A stretch of 63,873 nt of DNA, counting the filler, from Myxococcota bacterium (lineage in GTDB: Bacteria; Myxococcota; Myxococcia; Myxococcales; Myxococcaceae): the NCBI GenBank assembly GCA_049322255.1. It is 4 parts of 4 records of this genome, joined end to end, with 100 filler letters (N's around TTAATTAATTAA, not from the genome) between each part and the next. Parts side by side here need not be neighbours in the genome. Positions count along the whole stretch, not along the records: positions 37,086 to 55,507 come from JBMORE010000086.1; 3 more parts are not named here. One strand, 5' to 3'. A program made the translations under genes and the position numbers. Below the pieces are notes generated by a model. That model saw only the letters and a list, made by a program, of their open reading frames with translations, did not search any database and was not told the origin of the DNA. This document shows, piece by piece, positions 41,343-51,618 of this stretch. Numbering within the stretch: the stretch's first letter is position 1; each line of letters opens with the position of its first letter.

Positions 41343-43061
41343 CTACATGCGCTCGGGTGTGGCGACGCCCAAGAGCGACAGCCCCGCGGCCAGCGTCACG
41401 CGCACCGCATCGGTGAGCGCCGTGCGGGCGGCGCGTAGCGCGTCGTCGTCCTCGATGAGCACGCGCTTCTTCCGGTCTTGGTTGCCCAGCGTGTACCAGC
41501 GGCTGAAGTCAGCGGCGACGTCGAGCAGGTGGCGGGCCACCAGCGACGGCTCGTTTTGCTCCACCGCCTCGCGCACTGACACGGGGAAACGCGCCACCTG
41601 GCGCACCAGCGCCTGCTCCTCGGGGAGCGTCAGCAGCGCGGCGTCGTAGCTCTTGGGCGTTCCGCCGCCTTTGAGGAGAATGTTGCAGGCCCGTGCATGC
41701 GCGTACTGGAGGTACGGCCCGCTGTGGCCTTCGAAGCTCAAGACGTCTTCCCAGTCGAAGGTGTAGTCGGTAGTGCGGCGGTTCTTGAGGTCTCCGAAGA
41801 CGACCGCCCCCACGCCGATCGCTTCGGCCAGCTTCTCGGGCTCGTCGGTATGAATACGGCCGCTGGCGATGTTCTCCTTCACCTTCTCCAGGGCGCGGTT
41901 TTTCGCCTCTTCAAGCACGTCGTCGAGCAGCTCGATCTGCCCGCGCCGGGTGCTCATGCCGTGAATGCGGCCGAAGTTGACGTGGAGCATCCGCCCTGCC
42001 CACGGCTTGCCCATCTTCTCCAGCACCCGGAAGAACTGGCGGAAGTGGAGCGCCTGATCGGTGGCCACGACATACAGCGAAAGGTCGAAGTGAAAGCGTT
42101 CATAACGGTCGATCGCCGCCGCCAGGTCGCGCGTGGCGTAAAGCGTCGAGCCGTCGGCCTTCTTGAGCAGCACCGGGGGCTCGCCGTCGGCGTAAGGCAA
42201 ATCGACGATCAGCGCTCCCTGGGACTCCTTGGTACCCACGGTGCGGGAGATCTCCTCGATCACCGCGTCCATCTTCCCCTGGTAGCGGCTCTCGCCTTCG
42301 TAGTGCTCGAAGCGAATGCCCAGCCGGTCGTAGACCTTCTTGAAGTCCGCCAGCGACGTCTCGCGCAGCTCCTTCCACAGGCCGAGCGCCTCGCCGTCGT
42401 CGGCCTCCATGCGGCGGAAGAATTCGCGCGCTTTCTCGTCGAAGGCCTCGTTCTTCTCCGCCCGGGCGTTGGCCTTCACGTACACCTCGACCAGGTGGGC
42501 CATCTCCCGCCGGCGCGCCGGGTCGCCGTACTCGGAAAGCCCCACCGCCACCAAACCGAACTGCTTCCCCCAGTCGCCCAGGTAGTTGATGCCCTCCACC
42601 CGCCAACCCTGTGAACGGTAGAGGTTGGCCAGCGAATGGCCGATCACCGTGGAGCGAATGTGGTGGAACCCAATCGGCTTGGCGATGTTGGGCGAGGAGT
42701 AGTCGATCACCACCGTCTTCCCCGCACCCGCTTCGCCCGCCCCGTAGCGAGCTCCCCCTTGGCGCGCCTGATCGATGACCTGCGCCGAGAAGGGAACAGA
42801 GGTGAAACGCGCGTTGACGTAGGGCCCGGCGGCGACGATCTCCATGCCGGGAACCGACACGCTCTGCGCCAGGGCGGAGGCGATCGCCGGCGGCGCCTTC
42901 TTCTGTGTCTTGGCCAAAGGGAAGGTGGCGAAGGAGAGGTCTCCGTGGGCGGGCTCGGCCGGCTTGACCTGGGGGTCGATCTCCTCCGGCGAGGCGCTCA
43001 GCGCCTTGGCGAGCGCCAAGCTGAAGGCAGCGCGGTACTGGTCGTAGACGAAGGTGCTCAT
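41343..43061 (-). CDS. argS: Arginine--tRNA ligase
   Basis: IDYSSPNIAK, NYLGDWGKQFG, MSTRRG, GPYLQYAHAR, PERM C-terminus. Confidence 0.97.
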   Translation of the reverse strand: MSTFVYDQYRAAFSLALAKALSASPEEIDPQVKPAEPAHGDLSFATFPLAKTQKKAPPAIASALAQSVSVPGMEIVAAGPYVNARFTSVPFSAQVIDQARQGGARYGAGEAGAGKTVVIDYSSPNIAKPIGFHHIRSTVIGHSLANLYRSQGWRVEGINYLGDWGKQFGLVAVGLSEYGDPARRREMAHLVEVYVKANARAEKNEAFDEKAREFFRRMEADDGEALGLWKELRETSLADFKKVYDRLGIRFEHYEGESRYQGKMDAVIEEISRTVGTKESQGALIVDLPYADGEPPVLLKKADGSTLYATRDLAAAIDRYERFHFDLSLYVVATDQALHFRQFFRVLEKMGKPWAGRMLHVNFGRIHGMSTRRGQIELLDDVLEEAKNRALEKVKENIASGRIHTDEPEKLAEAIGVGAVVFGDLKNRRTTDYTFDWEDVLSFEGHSGPYLQYAHARACNILLKGGGTPKSYDAALLTLPEEQALVRQVARFPVSVREAVEQNEPSLVARHLLDVAADFSRWYTLGNQDRKKRVLIEDDDALRAARTALTDAVRVTLAAGLSLLGVATPERM

Positions 43062-43073
43062 CGAAGAGCTGGT

Positions 43074-44606
43074 TTATACCGGCGGCGGCGGCAGCTCACG
43101 CATCTTCCACGCGATGCGGGTGGCCAGGGCCATGATGGTGAGCTGAGGGTTCACCCCCAGGCTGGAGGGGAGCACGCTGCCGTCGGCGACGTACAGCTCG
43201 CGCACATCCCACGTCTGGCCGTCGGGCCCTACCACTGAGTGCGCAGGCGAGCTGCCCATGCGGCAAGTGCCCAAAGGGTGCTGTGAGCTGCACTCGGTGT
43301 GACGCAGGGACAAGTGGTCGAAGTCGAAGGCGCGCAGGCGATCGGCATCGAGCGGGCCTAGCCCAAGCACGGGAAGAAAAACCTCGCGCGCCCCCGCGGC
43401 CAAAAAAGTCTCGGCCAAGCGGCGGATGAGACGGCGCGCGGCCGCCCGGTCCGCCTGGCTCATGCGATAGCTGACGAAAGGCTCTCGGCCGAAGAGGGCG
43501 CGGCTCACCCGGCCCGAGGCCTCGTCGTGTAAGAGCCCCCCGAATGCCGCCAGGTGAGGAATGTCCTTGGCGCGAGCCACGTGCGTGGGGCCGATGCCGG
43601 GCATCGTCGCCGCCAGCACCCCGGGCGGAGTAAAGATGCCCATCAAGGTGAAGCCTTCCTTCTCGAAGGCGTCGGAGTAGGCGCTCTGCAACGCGCCCCG
43701 CCAGCCGTGTACCGGCTCATCGAAGCGAGCCATCATCCGGTAGGCCGGGTGCAGGGTGAGGTTCCTTCCCGTCTGGCCGCTGGCGCGTCCCACTTTGCTC
43801 GCCTGCAATACCAGCGGGGAGTGGTAGGCGCCCGCGGCCAGCACCACCCGGCGCGCGCGCACCGAGAGCCGCCCGCCGGGCCGACCGTCACGCCCGTTGA
43901 GCACCCGGCCTTCCACCCCGGTGGCGCGATCTCCTTCGATGCGCACCCGTTCCACCAGACAGTCGCTGTGAATCTGCGCACCGTGCGCCAGCGCGCGCGG
44001 CAGGTAGCTTACGTCGACCGAGAGCTTGGCGCGGTGGGGGCAGCCGAAGTTGCAGCGCGCAAACCCGCGGCAACCATCGGTGTTGCGGCGAACAGGCTTG
44101 AGCTCAAAGCCCAGCTTTCGCGCGCCCTCGGCGAAGAGCAAGGTGGAGCGCGAGCGCATCGACTCCGGCACCTCCTCGACGTGAATCGCCTTCTCCACCG
44201 CGGCGTAGCAAGGGTCGAGCGCCGCCTCGGTCAGCTCGCTCAACCCGCGCTCCTCTCGCCACGTCTTCAGCACCTCGCCCGGGGCGCGAAAGCACACCCC
44301 ACCGGTCAAGACCGAGGAGCCGCCCACGCACTTTCCCATGGCGACGTTGATGATCGGCGTGTCGCCTAAGCCCGTACAAAAGGTCATCGCCGCGTCACGC
44401 CACATGTGACGCATCTGCTCGCTGGGCCGCATGCGGCCGTAGCGCTCCGGCTCGATGTGCTTGCCCTCCTCGAGCACCACCACCTGCTGACCCGCCTCGG
44501 CCAGCTCGGCAGCCACCACGGCGCCCCCCGCCCCTGACCCGACGATCGCCACGTCGGCCTCGAGCACCACGTCTCCGGGTGTCTGTGCGTGCGAGTGGAC
44601 CTTCAC
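43074..44606 (-). CDS. GMC family oxidoreductase
   Basis: GSGAGG, GKCVGGSSVL, GRNLTLHP, HPLGTCRMG, GVNPQLTIMA; GTGA coupling. Confidence 0.93.
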   Translation of the reverse strand: MKVHSHAQTPGDVVLEADVAIVGSGAGGAVVAAELAEAGQQVVVLEEGKHIEPERYGRMRPSEQMRHMWRDAAMTFCTGLGDTPIINVAMGKCVGGSSVLTGGVCFRAPGEVLKTWREERGLSELTEAALDPCYAAVEKAIHVEEVPESMRSRSTLLFAEGARKLGFELKPVRRNTDGCRGFARCNFGCPHRAKLSVDVSYLPRALAHGAQIHSDCLVERVRIEGDRATGVEGRVLNGRDGRPGGRLSVRARRVVLAAGAYHSPLVLQASKVGRASGQTGRNLTLHPAYRMMARFDEPVHGWRGALQSAYSDAFEKEGFTLMGIFTPPGVLAATMPGIGPTHVARAKDIPHLAAFGGLLHDEASGRVSRALFGREPFVSYRMSQADRAAARRLIRRLAETFLAAGAREVFLPVLGLGPLDADRLRAFDFDHLSLRHTECSSQHPLGTCRMGSSPAHSVVGPDGQTWDVRELYVADGSVLPSSLGVNPQLTIMALATRIAWKMRELPPPPV

Positions 44607-45094
44607 GACACTTTCTCGAACGTTGGTGGCAGACCCTGCCCCACGAAACCCACCTCGCGCGCCGCGTCGGGGTGCTCGTAATAAAGGATGCAGAGAATCG
44701 CCTTCACCGCGAGCACCGGTGGCGAGGCGAAGCTTTTCTCCATGCGGTCGAGCGCTCGAATGCGCTGGGGCAAAGGAAGTCGCCGCAAGGTCGGCAGCCG
44801 TCCGATGAAGAGTGGGGCGAGCAAGGAGACGACGAACAAGCTCAGACGTAAAACCAGGCGCGCGCGAACGCCTCCGTGAATGAGCAGGTCTTCGAACTCG
44901 CGGCTCACCCAAGCCACCCGCTCCTTCGGCGGAGGACCGCCAGGTCCGGCGAAGACCGCTTCGGCCATCGCCTGCAAGGCGCGCAAGAACCGAGCGGGAA
45001 TCAGCCTGCGAGAGGACGGTGACACGTTTCGCAACGATGCAGAAGCCCGGTGGCAAATGCCACCCGAAGCGAGGGTCAGCGTTGGGCCGAACAC
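44603..45094 (-). CDS. Small GMC-associated protein (gluconate-2-dehydrogenase subunit 3-like); start uncertain
   Basis: LQAMAEAVF...LYYEHP..A.EVGF pattern; coupled to the GMC gene. Confidence 0.65.
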   Translation of the reverse strand: MFGPTLTLASGGICHRASASLRNVSPSSRRLIPARFLRALQAMAEAVFAGPGGPPPKERVAWVSREFEDLLIHGGVRARLVLRLSLFVVSLLAPLFIGRLPTLRRLPLPQRIRALDRMEKSFASPPVLAVKAILCILYYEHPDAAREVGFVGQGLPPTFEKVS

Positions 45095-45129
45095 TGGTAC
45101 GCCGGCCAGGCGGGTCAGCGTCGTTCTTG

Positions 45130-46326
45130 CTAGATGCGTATGCTCAACGTCAGCCCGACGAGGTGCGCGGTGCCGCTGTAGGTCGCCGGGAAGGTGGGCG
45201 CGGTGCTCTGGTTCTCGGTGAGCCAGACGAACTGGTAGCCCAAGTCGCCGTAGATGTTTCCCACCCGGTACCCGGCGCCCGCGGTGAGCTTCACCCGGTC
45301 GAAGTCGGGGAGGTCGGGGGTCAAGGTGTCGCTGGGCGAGGGGGTGGGGTCGTACACCGCTCCCGCGCGCAGCTTGAGCTTGGGAGTGACGGCGAGCTCG
45401 CCTCCGAGGTGGAAGTTCACCACGTCGTCCCAGCGCTTGGGCAGGGTCGAGCTGAGCGCGGGGTCTTGGAAGTGGATGGTCAGCTCCTGGAAGCGCGACC
45501 AGGCGAAGTAGTTGACGTCGAAGGCCAAGAGCAGCGAGGGAATGGGACGCACGGCCACCCCGCCCATCACCACCTCGGGGAGCGTCACCTCGGCGGAGAC
45601 TGGCTGATCGGCCAGGCGGTCGGAGAGCTCCAGCGGCACGTTCTCGAAATGCGCCCTTCCCCCGTCGAACTCCAGATTCACCGCGCTGCGGTAGGAGACG
45701 CCGATGAGCAAGACGCGGGGAACCACGTCCACTTGCACGCCTGCGTTGGCGCCATAACCCCAGGCGCCGCCTCCCAGCTCGACGGTGCCCTGAGAGTCGA
45801 CGAAGTTCAGGCCCCGCACCAGCTCCACCGTGGAGCGCACCAGCTGAAAGCCCGCGCCCAGGCGCACGCGGTCATGAAAGTTGTAGGCCGCGACCGGGTT
45901 CAAGTCGAAGACCTGCAGCTCCGAGCGGATGCTGCGCTGGCGACCGACCCAGTCTTCAGGCCACTCGGTGGTGTTACCGAAGTGAGAGGTGAAGCCCAGG
46001 CCGATGCTCACCTGGTCGTTCACTCCATAGGCGAAGTAGGCGTGCGGTGGGGGCACCACGTCCACTTGGCTGTCGGTTCTGATGCCCGTGGCGGTGGTCA
46101 CCTGGGAGTTGGGGAAGATGAGGGTGTCTCCCAACATGAGGTCGTACTTCTCCGGGCCGCGCACGGTGCCGGCTGGGTTGTAGAAGGCCGCCGAGGCGTC
46201 GTCGATGTGCGCCGAGACGGCGGTCGCCATGCCTGTCGCCCGGCCCCCTTGGGTGTCCACGGAGAAACCGGCAGCTTCGGCTCCCATCGCTGCCAGCACG
46301 CCCGCTACGAGAATGAGTCGGTTCAT
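45130..46326 (-). CDS. FadL/OmpP1/TodX family outer-membrane transporter
   Basis: AGF..TQG.RATGMATA, DDASAAFYNPAG, FG..TEW, DLPD.DR. Confidence 0.93.
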   Translation of the reverse strand: MNRLILVAGVLAAMGAEAAGFSVDTQGGRATGMATAVSAHIDDASAAFYNPAGTVRGPEKYDLMLGDTLIFPNSQVTTATGIRTDSQVDVVPPPHAYFAYGVNDQVSIGLGFTSHFGNTTEWPEDWVGRQRSIRSELQVFDLNPVAAYNFHDRVRLGAGFQLVRSTVELVRGLNFVDSQGTVELGGGAWGYGANAGVQVDVVPRVLLIGVSYRSAVNLEFDGGRAHFENVPLELSDRLADQPVSAEVTLPEVVMGGVAVRPIPSLLLAFDVNYFAWSRFQELTIHFQDPALSSTLPKRWDDVVNFHLGGELAVTPKLKLRAGAVYDPTPSPSDTLTPDLPDFDRVKLTAGAGYRVGNIYGDLGYQFVWLTENQSTAPTFPATYSGTAHLVGLTLSIRI

Positions 46327-46341
46327 GGTCTTTTCCTCGCG

Positions 46342-49300
46342 TTACGGCGCGTTGCCGGTGGAGACGAAGCCCACGACCGTTTCCTGCGCGGTGGCCGTGA
46401 TCGTCGGGTTGACGAAGTTGAGCAAGAACCCGTGCCGGCTCGCCGTGGGTAGCTCGGAGAGCGAGGGGTTCAACATCACCACGCTCACCACATTCACCGT
46501 CGGCGAGCGGTTGGCGGCGTCGATGAGGGCCCGGGTCGTCGAGTTGGGGATGACCGGGTCCCCCTCGATGAAGTGCACCAGCACCTGTCGGTCGGCTGGC
46601 GCGATGCCCGAGCTCTCGGTTTCGAAGGCGAGGTTCACTGGGTCCGCCGGGTCGACAATCCACCGGGCGGTGCGCAGGAAGTTGTCGAAGGCGAAGGTCC
46701 CCGGTTCGATGCCGCGGGCGGCCAGCGTGTCCAAGAGCGCGTCCCGCTGCTCGGCGAAGGCCGGCGACTGCAGAATGATGTCGGGTAGCCTGCCTCCCGG
46801 TACGTTGAGCACCGCGCGACGCACCTGCGCCGACGAGGCGGTGTGCAGGGTGCCCAAGATGCCACCCAGGCTCTGTCCCACGAAGTGCAGCTGGCTGCCG
46901 TTGATCGGGCCGTTCGCCCCCAGGAGGGTGTTCAAGCTGCCGTTGCCGTTGCTGACGAGCATGCGCGTCACCTGCGCCCAGTCGGCCACCGGCTGGCGGA
47001 AGTGATCGCGGGTGGCGAAGAGGTTGGAGGAGTCGATGAAATTCCACCCGGAGATGTGAGGCACCCCCGTGGCGTCGCGGGCGAAGTCGCCTCCTTCGCA
47101 GAGGTTGCCTCCGACGCCGTCAGGCACGCAGGCGCCCAGGCCAGCGAGGGCGCAGAGCAAATCTCCGGGCACGGCGCCGTTGGGGTCGCAGGTCGGCCGC
47201 TCCGATGGGTTGCGCGCGACGCACCGGCCTTCGGGGCTGCACCGCTGAGTCATTCGGTCGGCGCAGGCGGCGTCGTCGCTGGCCGCTCCCAGGAAGGCGG
47301 CCGAGCCGGTGCAGGTGCTGCGCTCGCCGTGGAAGACGGTGTCGATCGCGATGGTGGCGAAGCCGCCCGCGGCCAGGGTATTGGCGATGCCCAAGGCATC
47401 GACGCCGCCGCGAGACAGCCCGTGGCCGAAGAGCACCACTGGGTAACCGCCGGATGGGGCGGCGCTCGCCGGGGTGATGAGCAAAAACGGCGCGCGCACG
47501 GTGGAGCCCGAAGGCGGCAGCTGCAGCGTTCCGCCAGGGCCGGTGAGCAGATGAGGAAGAGTCAGCACGCCGGTGAAGATTTTGCCGATGCTCGTCGACG
47601 GCAGTGGGCTGCCGGCCAGCGCGCTCGCGGTGATGTCGACGAGGTATTCGGGGCTGGTGGGCAGAAGCCCCTGACTGCCCAGTTGGTGGGGAACGTCCTG
47701 CAGCCCCGTGAGCGCAGTGAATTCACTCTGGGTGGTGAAGGTCCACGCCAGGGCGAGGGCGCGGCGCTCCTGGCCCGCTGCCGCGAGCATGTCGAACAGC
47801 GGTTTCATTCCCTGGCGCACCGGCTCGAGCTGCGCCGCCTGCGCGTCGGAGACGCCGCTCACTTGGCTCTTGCCGTTGGCATCGACGAGCGGGCTGGTCA
47901 GACGAAGGAGCGCGAACTGCGGCGTCGCCACCACGGGCTTGCCCGAGGTGTCCATCAGCGCGTCGTTGATGAAAGCCGCATAGTGCGAGCGCTCGTCCAA
48001 GGGCACCTTGGGCACGAACTGCAGCTCGACCCGTGCGGTGGACGGACCGCCTCCCGTCTGCTTGCTGGAGACGCAGCTGAGGCACGGTTCGACTTGTGGT
48101 GCGGTGCCGCCTTGCTGAAGCTTCAGAAAGCCGGTGCCGGACGAAAGGGTGGCCGGGTCGATGTCGCCCGAATCGAGAGGTCCTTCACCCGGCGCGTTCT
48201 CTGAGACGATTTCCGCGGTGGTGGAGAAGCCGTCGAGCGTGTTCAGCCCGGCGATCAGCATTTGCTCTTCCGCCGTGGCGTTGGGCGGCGTGGGCAGCTT
48301 GACCAACCCGTTCTGCAGGAGCACGTCGTTGGGGAAGGGAATGACGCCAGCGGCCGGGTCGAAGGTCGCCATCGGCAGGCTGACCACGGTGAAGGTCCAC
48401 AGGGCGGCGACCTCCGCGCGCGGAATGCCTTGGGCGGAGAGCTGGTCGAGCAGGGGCGCCAAGGCGCGGCGAATACGCTCGAGGGCGATCGCCTCAACAG
48501 TGGTGAGCGAGGTGACGGTGATCGTCGGCGCGCAGTCAGGGGAGGCGAGGTCTTGGCAGGTGACCAACGACTTTTCACTGCGCACCAGCGCCCACACCTC
48601 GGAGCCGACCACACTCTTTCCGTCGACGGTCTTCACTCCGTTGGGGCCACCTCGAATTGCGATGGCGAAGCGCGCCCCCTTGGGCCAGCCAACCCCTGGA
48701 GGGGTGACGTCAATGGCACCGTCCGTGGCGTCGTAGGAAATGTCGGGGGTGACGCCCGAGCCGGTGGGGGAGAGCTCCTGGAAAATGACGGTGCGCGCGC
48801 TGACTGTCGCAGGGTCGAGCGTCCCGCCCATCACCGTTGCGGTCGCGGTGGAGCTCACGGGAAAGCCGTCGAGGGTGTTCAAGTAGTCGCGGGTGAATTC
48901 CTGCTGTGCCGGCGAGGCGAAGGGGTCGATGGGCGCATTCACCCGGCCGGTGGCGGGGTTCAACACCAAGTCGGTGGGCGTGGGCACCTGACCTACCGCC
49001 GGGTTGAAGGCCACCGAGGCCATGTCGGTGGTGCGGAAGGTCCACAGGAGCGCGATTTCCTCGCGGCTCACCCCGGTGGCGTTCACCACCGCGTCAATCG
49101 CCGGCTCGTACTTGCGGCGCAGGCGCTCCAGGGAGATGGCGATTTGGGTTTGCTCCGCCAGGCGGGCCTCGGGGTCGGTCTGGGTGGAGGGAATGAGCTC
49201 GGTGGTCGTCCGGCAGTCGGGCGAGGTGAGGTCCTCGCAGGTGACCAGCGAATTCTTCGCGCGCACGAACCCCCATGCAGGCGTCCCCGCGACTTGCTCG

Positions 49301-49800
49301 CCGTCGGCGCCCTTGAGCCCGTTGGCGCCGCCGATCATCGCGATGGCGAAGCGGTCTCCCGGCGTCCACCCGCCCGGAGGAGGAGGCACGTTCACCTCGC
49401 CGGGCGCCTCGGCGATGTCTTGGGCGGAGAAACGCGGCAGAAGCCCGGTCACCTGCACGTTGCGGGTGAGGTTGAAGGCCACCACCGATCCCGGAGTGAC
49501 GCTGGAGGGGTCGAGAGCGCCGGTGAAGCTCGCGCTCCCCACGCTGGTGTTGGGAAAGCCGTTGAGCATGTTGAGAAAGGCGATGAGCTCCAGATCGGCG
49601 GGGGTCGCGTTGGGCCCGGGCACGATGCGGAGCTGTCCGGTGACGGGGTCTTCGGCGAGGTCGTTGGGGGTGGGCACCACAGGAGGCGTCGCCGCCGGGT
49701 CGAAGCGCGCCCTCACCACTCGGGGCGCGGGCTCTTGTTTGATGTCGGGTGTGCACGCGGCGGCGAAGGTCAACGCGGCGACGGCGAACGAGCTCTTCAT
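46342..49800 (-). CDS. Surface lipoprotein lipase (Pla-1/cef, VolA-like) with three repeated N-terminal domains
   Basis: Lipobox AAAC; FGHGL, GQSLGG, EGDPVI, HGFLL. Confidence 0.85.
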   Translation of the reverse strand: MKSSFAVAALTFAAACTPDIKQEPAPRVVRARFDPAATPPVVPTPNDLAEDPVTGQLRIVPGPNATPADLELIAFLNMLNGFPNTSVGSASFTGALDPSSVTPGSVVAFNLTRNVQVTGLLPRFSAQDIAEAPGEVNVPPPPGGWTPGDRFAIAMIGGANGLKGADGEQVAGTPAWGFVRAKNSLVTCEDLTSPDCRTTTELIPSTQTDPEARLAEQTQIAISLERLRRKYEPAIDAVVNATGVSREEIALLWTFRTTDMASVAFNPAVGQVPTPTDLVLNPATGRVNAPIDPFASPAQQEFTRDYLNTLDGFPVSSTATATVMGGTLDPATVSARTVIFQELSPTGSGVTPDISYDATDGAIDVTPPGVGWPKGARFAIAIRGGPNGVKTVDGKSVVGSEVWALVRSEKSLVTCQDLASPDCAPTITVTSLTTVEAIALERIRRALAPLLDQLSAQGIPRAEVAALWTFTVVSLPMATFDPAAGVIPFPNDVLLQNGLVKLPTPPNATAEEQMLIAGLNTLDGFSTTAEIVSENAPGEGPLDSGDIDPATLSSGTGFLKLQQGGTAPQVEPCLSCVSSKQTGGGPSTARVELQFVPKVPLDERSHYAAFINDALMDTSGKPVVATPQFALLRLTSPLVDANGKSQVSGVSDAQAAQLEPVRQGMKPLFDMLAAAGQERRALALAWTFTTQSEFTALTGLQDVPHQLGSQGLLPTSPEYLVDITASALAGSPLPSTSIGKIFTGVLTLPHLLTGPGGTLQLPPSGSTVRAPFLLITPASAAPSGGYPVVLFGHGLSRGGVDALGIANTLAAGGFATIAIDTVFHGERSTCTGSAAFLGAASDDAACADRMTQRCSPEGRCVARNPSERPTCDPNGAVPGDLLCALAGLGACVPDGVGGNLCEGGDFARDATGVPHISGWNFIDSSNLFATRDHFRQPVADWAQVTRMLVSNGNGSLNTLLGANGPINGSQLHFVGQSLGGILGTLHTASSAQVRRAVLNVPGGRLPDIILQSPAFAEQRDALLDTLAARGIEPGTFAFDNFLRTARWIVDPADPVNLAFETESSGIAPADRQVLVHFIEGDPVIPNSTTRALIDAANRSPTVNVVSVVMLNPSLSELPTASRHGFLLNFVNPTITATAQETVVGFVSTGNAP

Positions 49801-49920
49801 GGATCTCCCCTTTCGCACCCAAGCCAAGAGCGAGTGCGATTCGTCGGGCGAGATGGGCACGACCTCGCGCGCTGGCTAGTGCCGGCGATGGTGGCGAAAA
49901 AAAAAGGACGTTCGATCTGT

Positions 49921-51606
49921 TCAGATCTGGTGGGAGGGACGGACCACGGCGGCGACGGTGTCGATCACCTTGCCCAGCTGCAGTGGTTTTTCGAAGAAGC
50001 CGTCGATGCGGTCGAGGCCCTGGCCGGCCGAGAGCGAGGCTAAGTCGCGCGCGCCCGAGATGATGTACACCGTGACGTCGGCCAGGCGGGCAGTGGCGCG
50101 AATGAAGTGCAAGACGCTCATCCCGTCCTCCTCGGAGAGGCGCAGATCGAGCAGCACCATCGCCGGGCGAGTGTGCTCCAACGCCGACTTGGCCTCGGTG
50201 GCGCTCGCGGTGGACTGCACCCGGTAGCCCTCCATCTCCAAGACCTGCTGGAGCGCCTCGCGGCAGTCAGCGTCGTCTTCCACGAGGAGGATGCCGCCCG
50301 GGCGCGGAGGCTGGGCGAGCTCGGCGGGGTCGATGGCGCCGGCGAACATCGGTAGCACCAACCGAAAGGTGGTTTCGCCGCCGTCGGCGTGCGCCAGGGC
50401 GCGCCCGCCGTGCAAATGGGCCACCTTCGCCACCAAGGAGAGCGCCAACCCTCCGCCAGCCACCCGCATCGCATCAGGGCCCTTGCTCCGGTAGAAGGGC
50501 TCGAAGACGTGGAGCAAGTCTTCGGGGTCGAAGGCCTCTCCGCGATCGACCACGCTGACGTCGGCGAGGCCCTCGTGGCCGGTGACGCGAATGGTGACTT
50601 CACCCTCGTTCTGGCTGCGGTGAATGGCGTTTTCCACCAGCGTGGAGAGCGCCTCGATGAGCCGCTCACGGTCGCCCCGCACGTAGACCTCGGGGCTGCT
50701 GGCCAGCTCCAGACGCACCTGGGCGCGGCTGGCGATGGGGGTGAGAGCCTGCAGGGTTTCTTCTGCCGCCGTCTTGAGCCCGAACGGCTTGTCGGCAAGC
50801 TGCATCTTTCCCCGCTGCAGGCGGGAGACGAGGAGCAGGTCGTTGATCATCCGCAGGAGCCGGTTGGCGTTGCGCTCGCAGGTGCCGATGGCTTTGCGCT
50901 GCTTTTCGGAGAGCTCCCCCAGCGTCCCGTGGAGCAAGATCGCATGGTAGGTCTTGAGGGTGGAGAGGGGGTTTTTGAGGTCGTGGGAGACGTTGGCCAG
51001 AAGCTCCTCGCGGGATTTTTCCACCGCCTTGAGGCCCCCCAGCGCGGTTTGCAGATCTTTGGTGCGGCGCAAGGCCTCGTCACGCAAGCGCGCCACTTCG
51101 ATGCTCGCCAAGATCTGCGCGGCGAGCGCGTGGAGAAGCTCGTCGGAGGCGTCGAAGCGTGGGTCGACCACGGCGAGACAACCGGTGGGAGAAGTGTCCT
51201 CCCCTAGAGGAACCGCCCACAGGCCGGGCTCACGTTCGACCCGGGCATGGGCGAAGGCGCGGCCAATCACCCCCTGGCCCGGCCGGGCGGCGGCCACGCG
51301 TTCATCGTTGCGGCCCTTGGCAGCGCTCACCTGAAGCAGCTCGCGCTGGGCATCGGGCTTGAGCACGAAGCAAGAGCGCGCCCCCAGAAGCTCCTGCACC
51401 ACCGCCAGGGGAGAGCGGCCGGCCTCGTGGGCGCCAGCGGCCTGGAGGATGCCGGCGGCGAGGGCGGAAAAGGCGCGCTCCACGTCGCAGGCACGAAGGG
51501 GCGCCAGCGCGCGCTCAGGCGGCTTTTTGCGCAGCGGTGGCGTGGGGGCCTCTTCCCCGACGAGCTTCAGCCGCCGAAGGGCGGGGTGGGTGGTCTCGTT
51601 GCCCAC
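49921..51606 (-). CDS. Cytoplasmic hybrid histidine kinase (GAF-like, HisKA, HATPase, REC)
   Basis: VSHDLKNPL, FEPFYR, LLVEDD..LLD..KP. Confidence 0.92.
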   Translation of the reverse strand: MGNETTHPALRRLKLVGEEAPTPPLRKKPPERALAPLRACDVERAFSALAAGILQAAGAHEAGRSPLAVVQELLGARSCFVLKPDAQRELLQVSAAKGRNDERVAAARPGQGVIGRAFAHARVEREPGLWAVPLGEDTSPTGCLAVVDPRFDASDELLHALAAQILASIEVARLRDEALRRTKDLQTALGGLKAVEKSREELLANVSHDLKNPLSTLKTYHAILLHGTLGELSEKQRKAIGTCERNANRLLRMINDLLLVSRLQRGKMQLADKPFGLKTAAEETLQALTPIASRAQVRLELASSPEVYVRGDRERLIEALSTLVENAIHRSQNEGEVTIRVTGHEGLADVSVVDRGEAFDPEDLLHVFEPFYRSKGPDAMRVAGGGLALSLVAKVAHLHGGRALAHADGGETTFRLVLPMFAGAIDPAELAQPPRPGGILLVEDDADCREALQQVLEMEGYRVQSTASATEAKSALEHTRPAMVLLDLRLSEEDGMSVLHFIRATARLADVTVYIISGARDLASLSAGQGLDRIDGFFEKPLQLGKVIDTVAAVVRPSHQI

Positions 51607-51618
51607 GGCCGGTACGCG

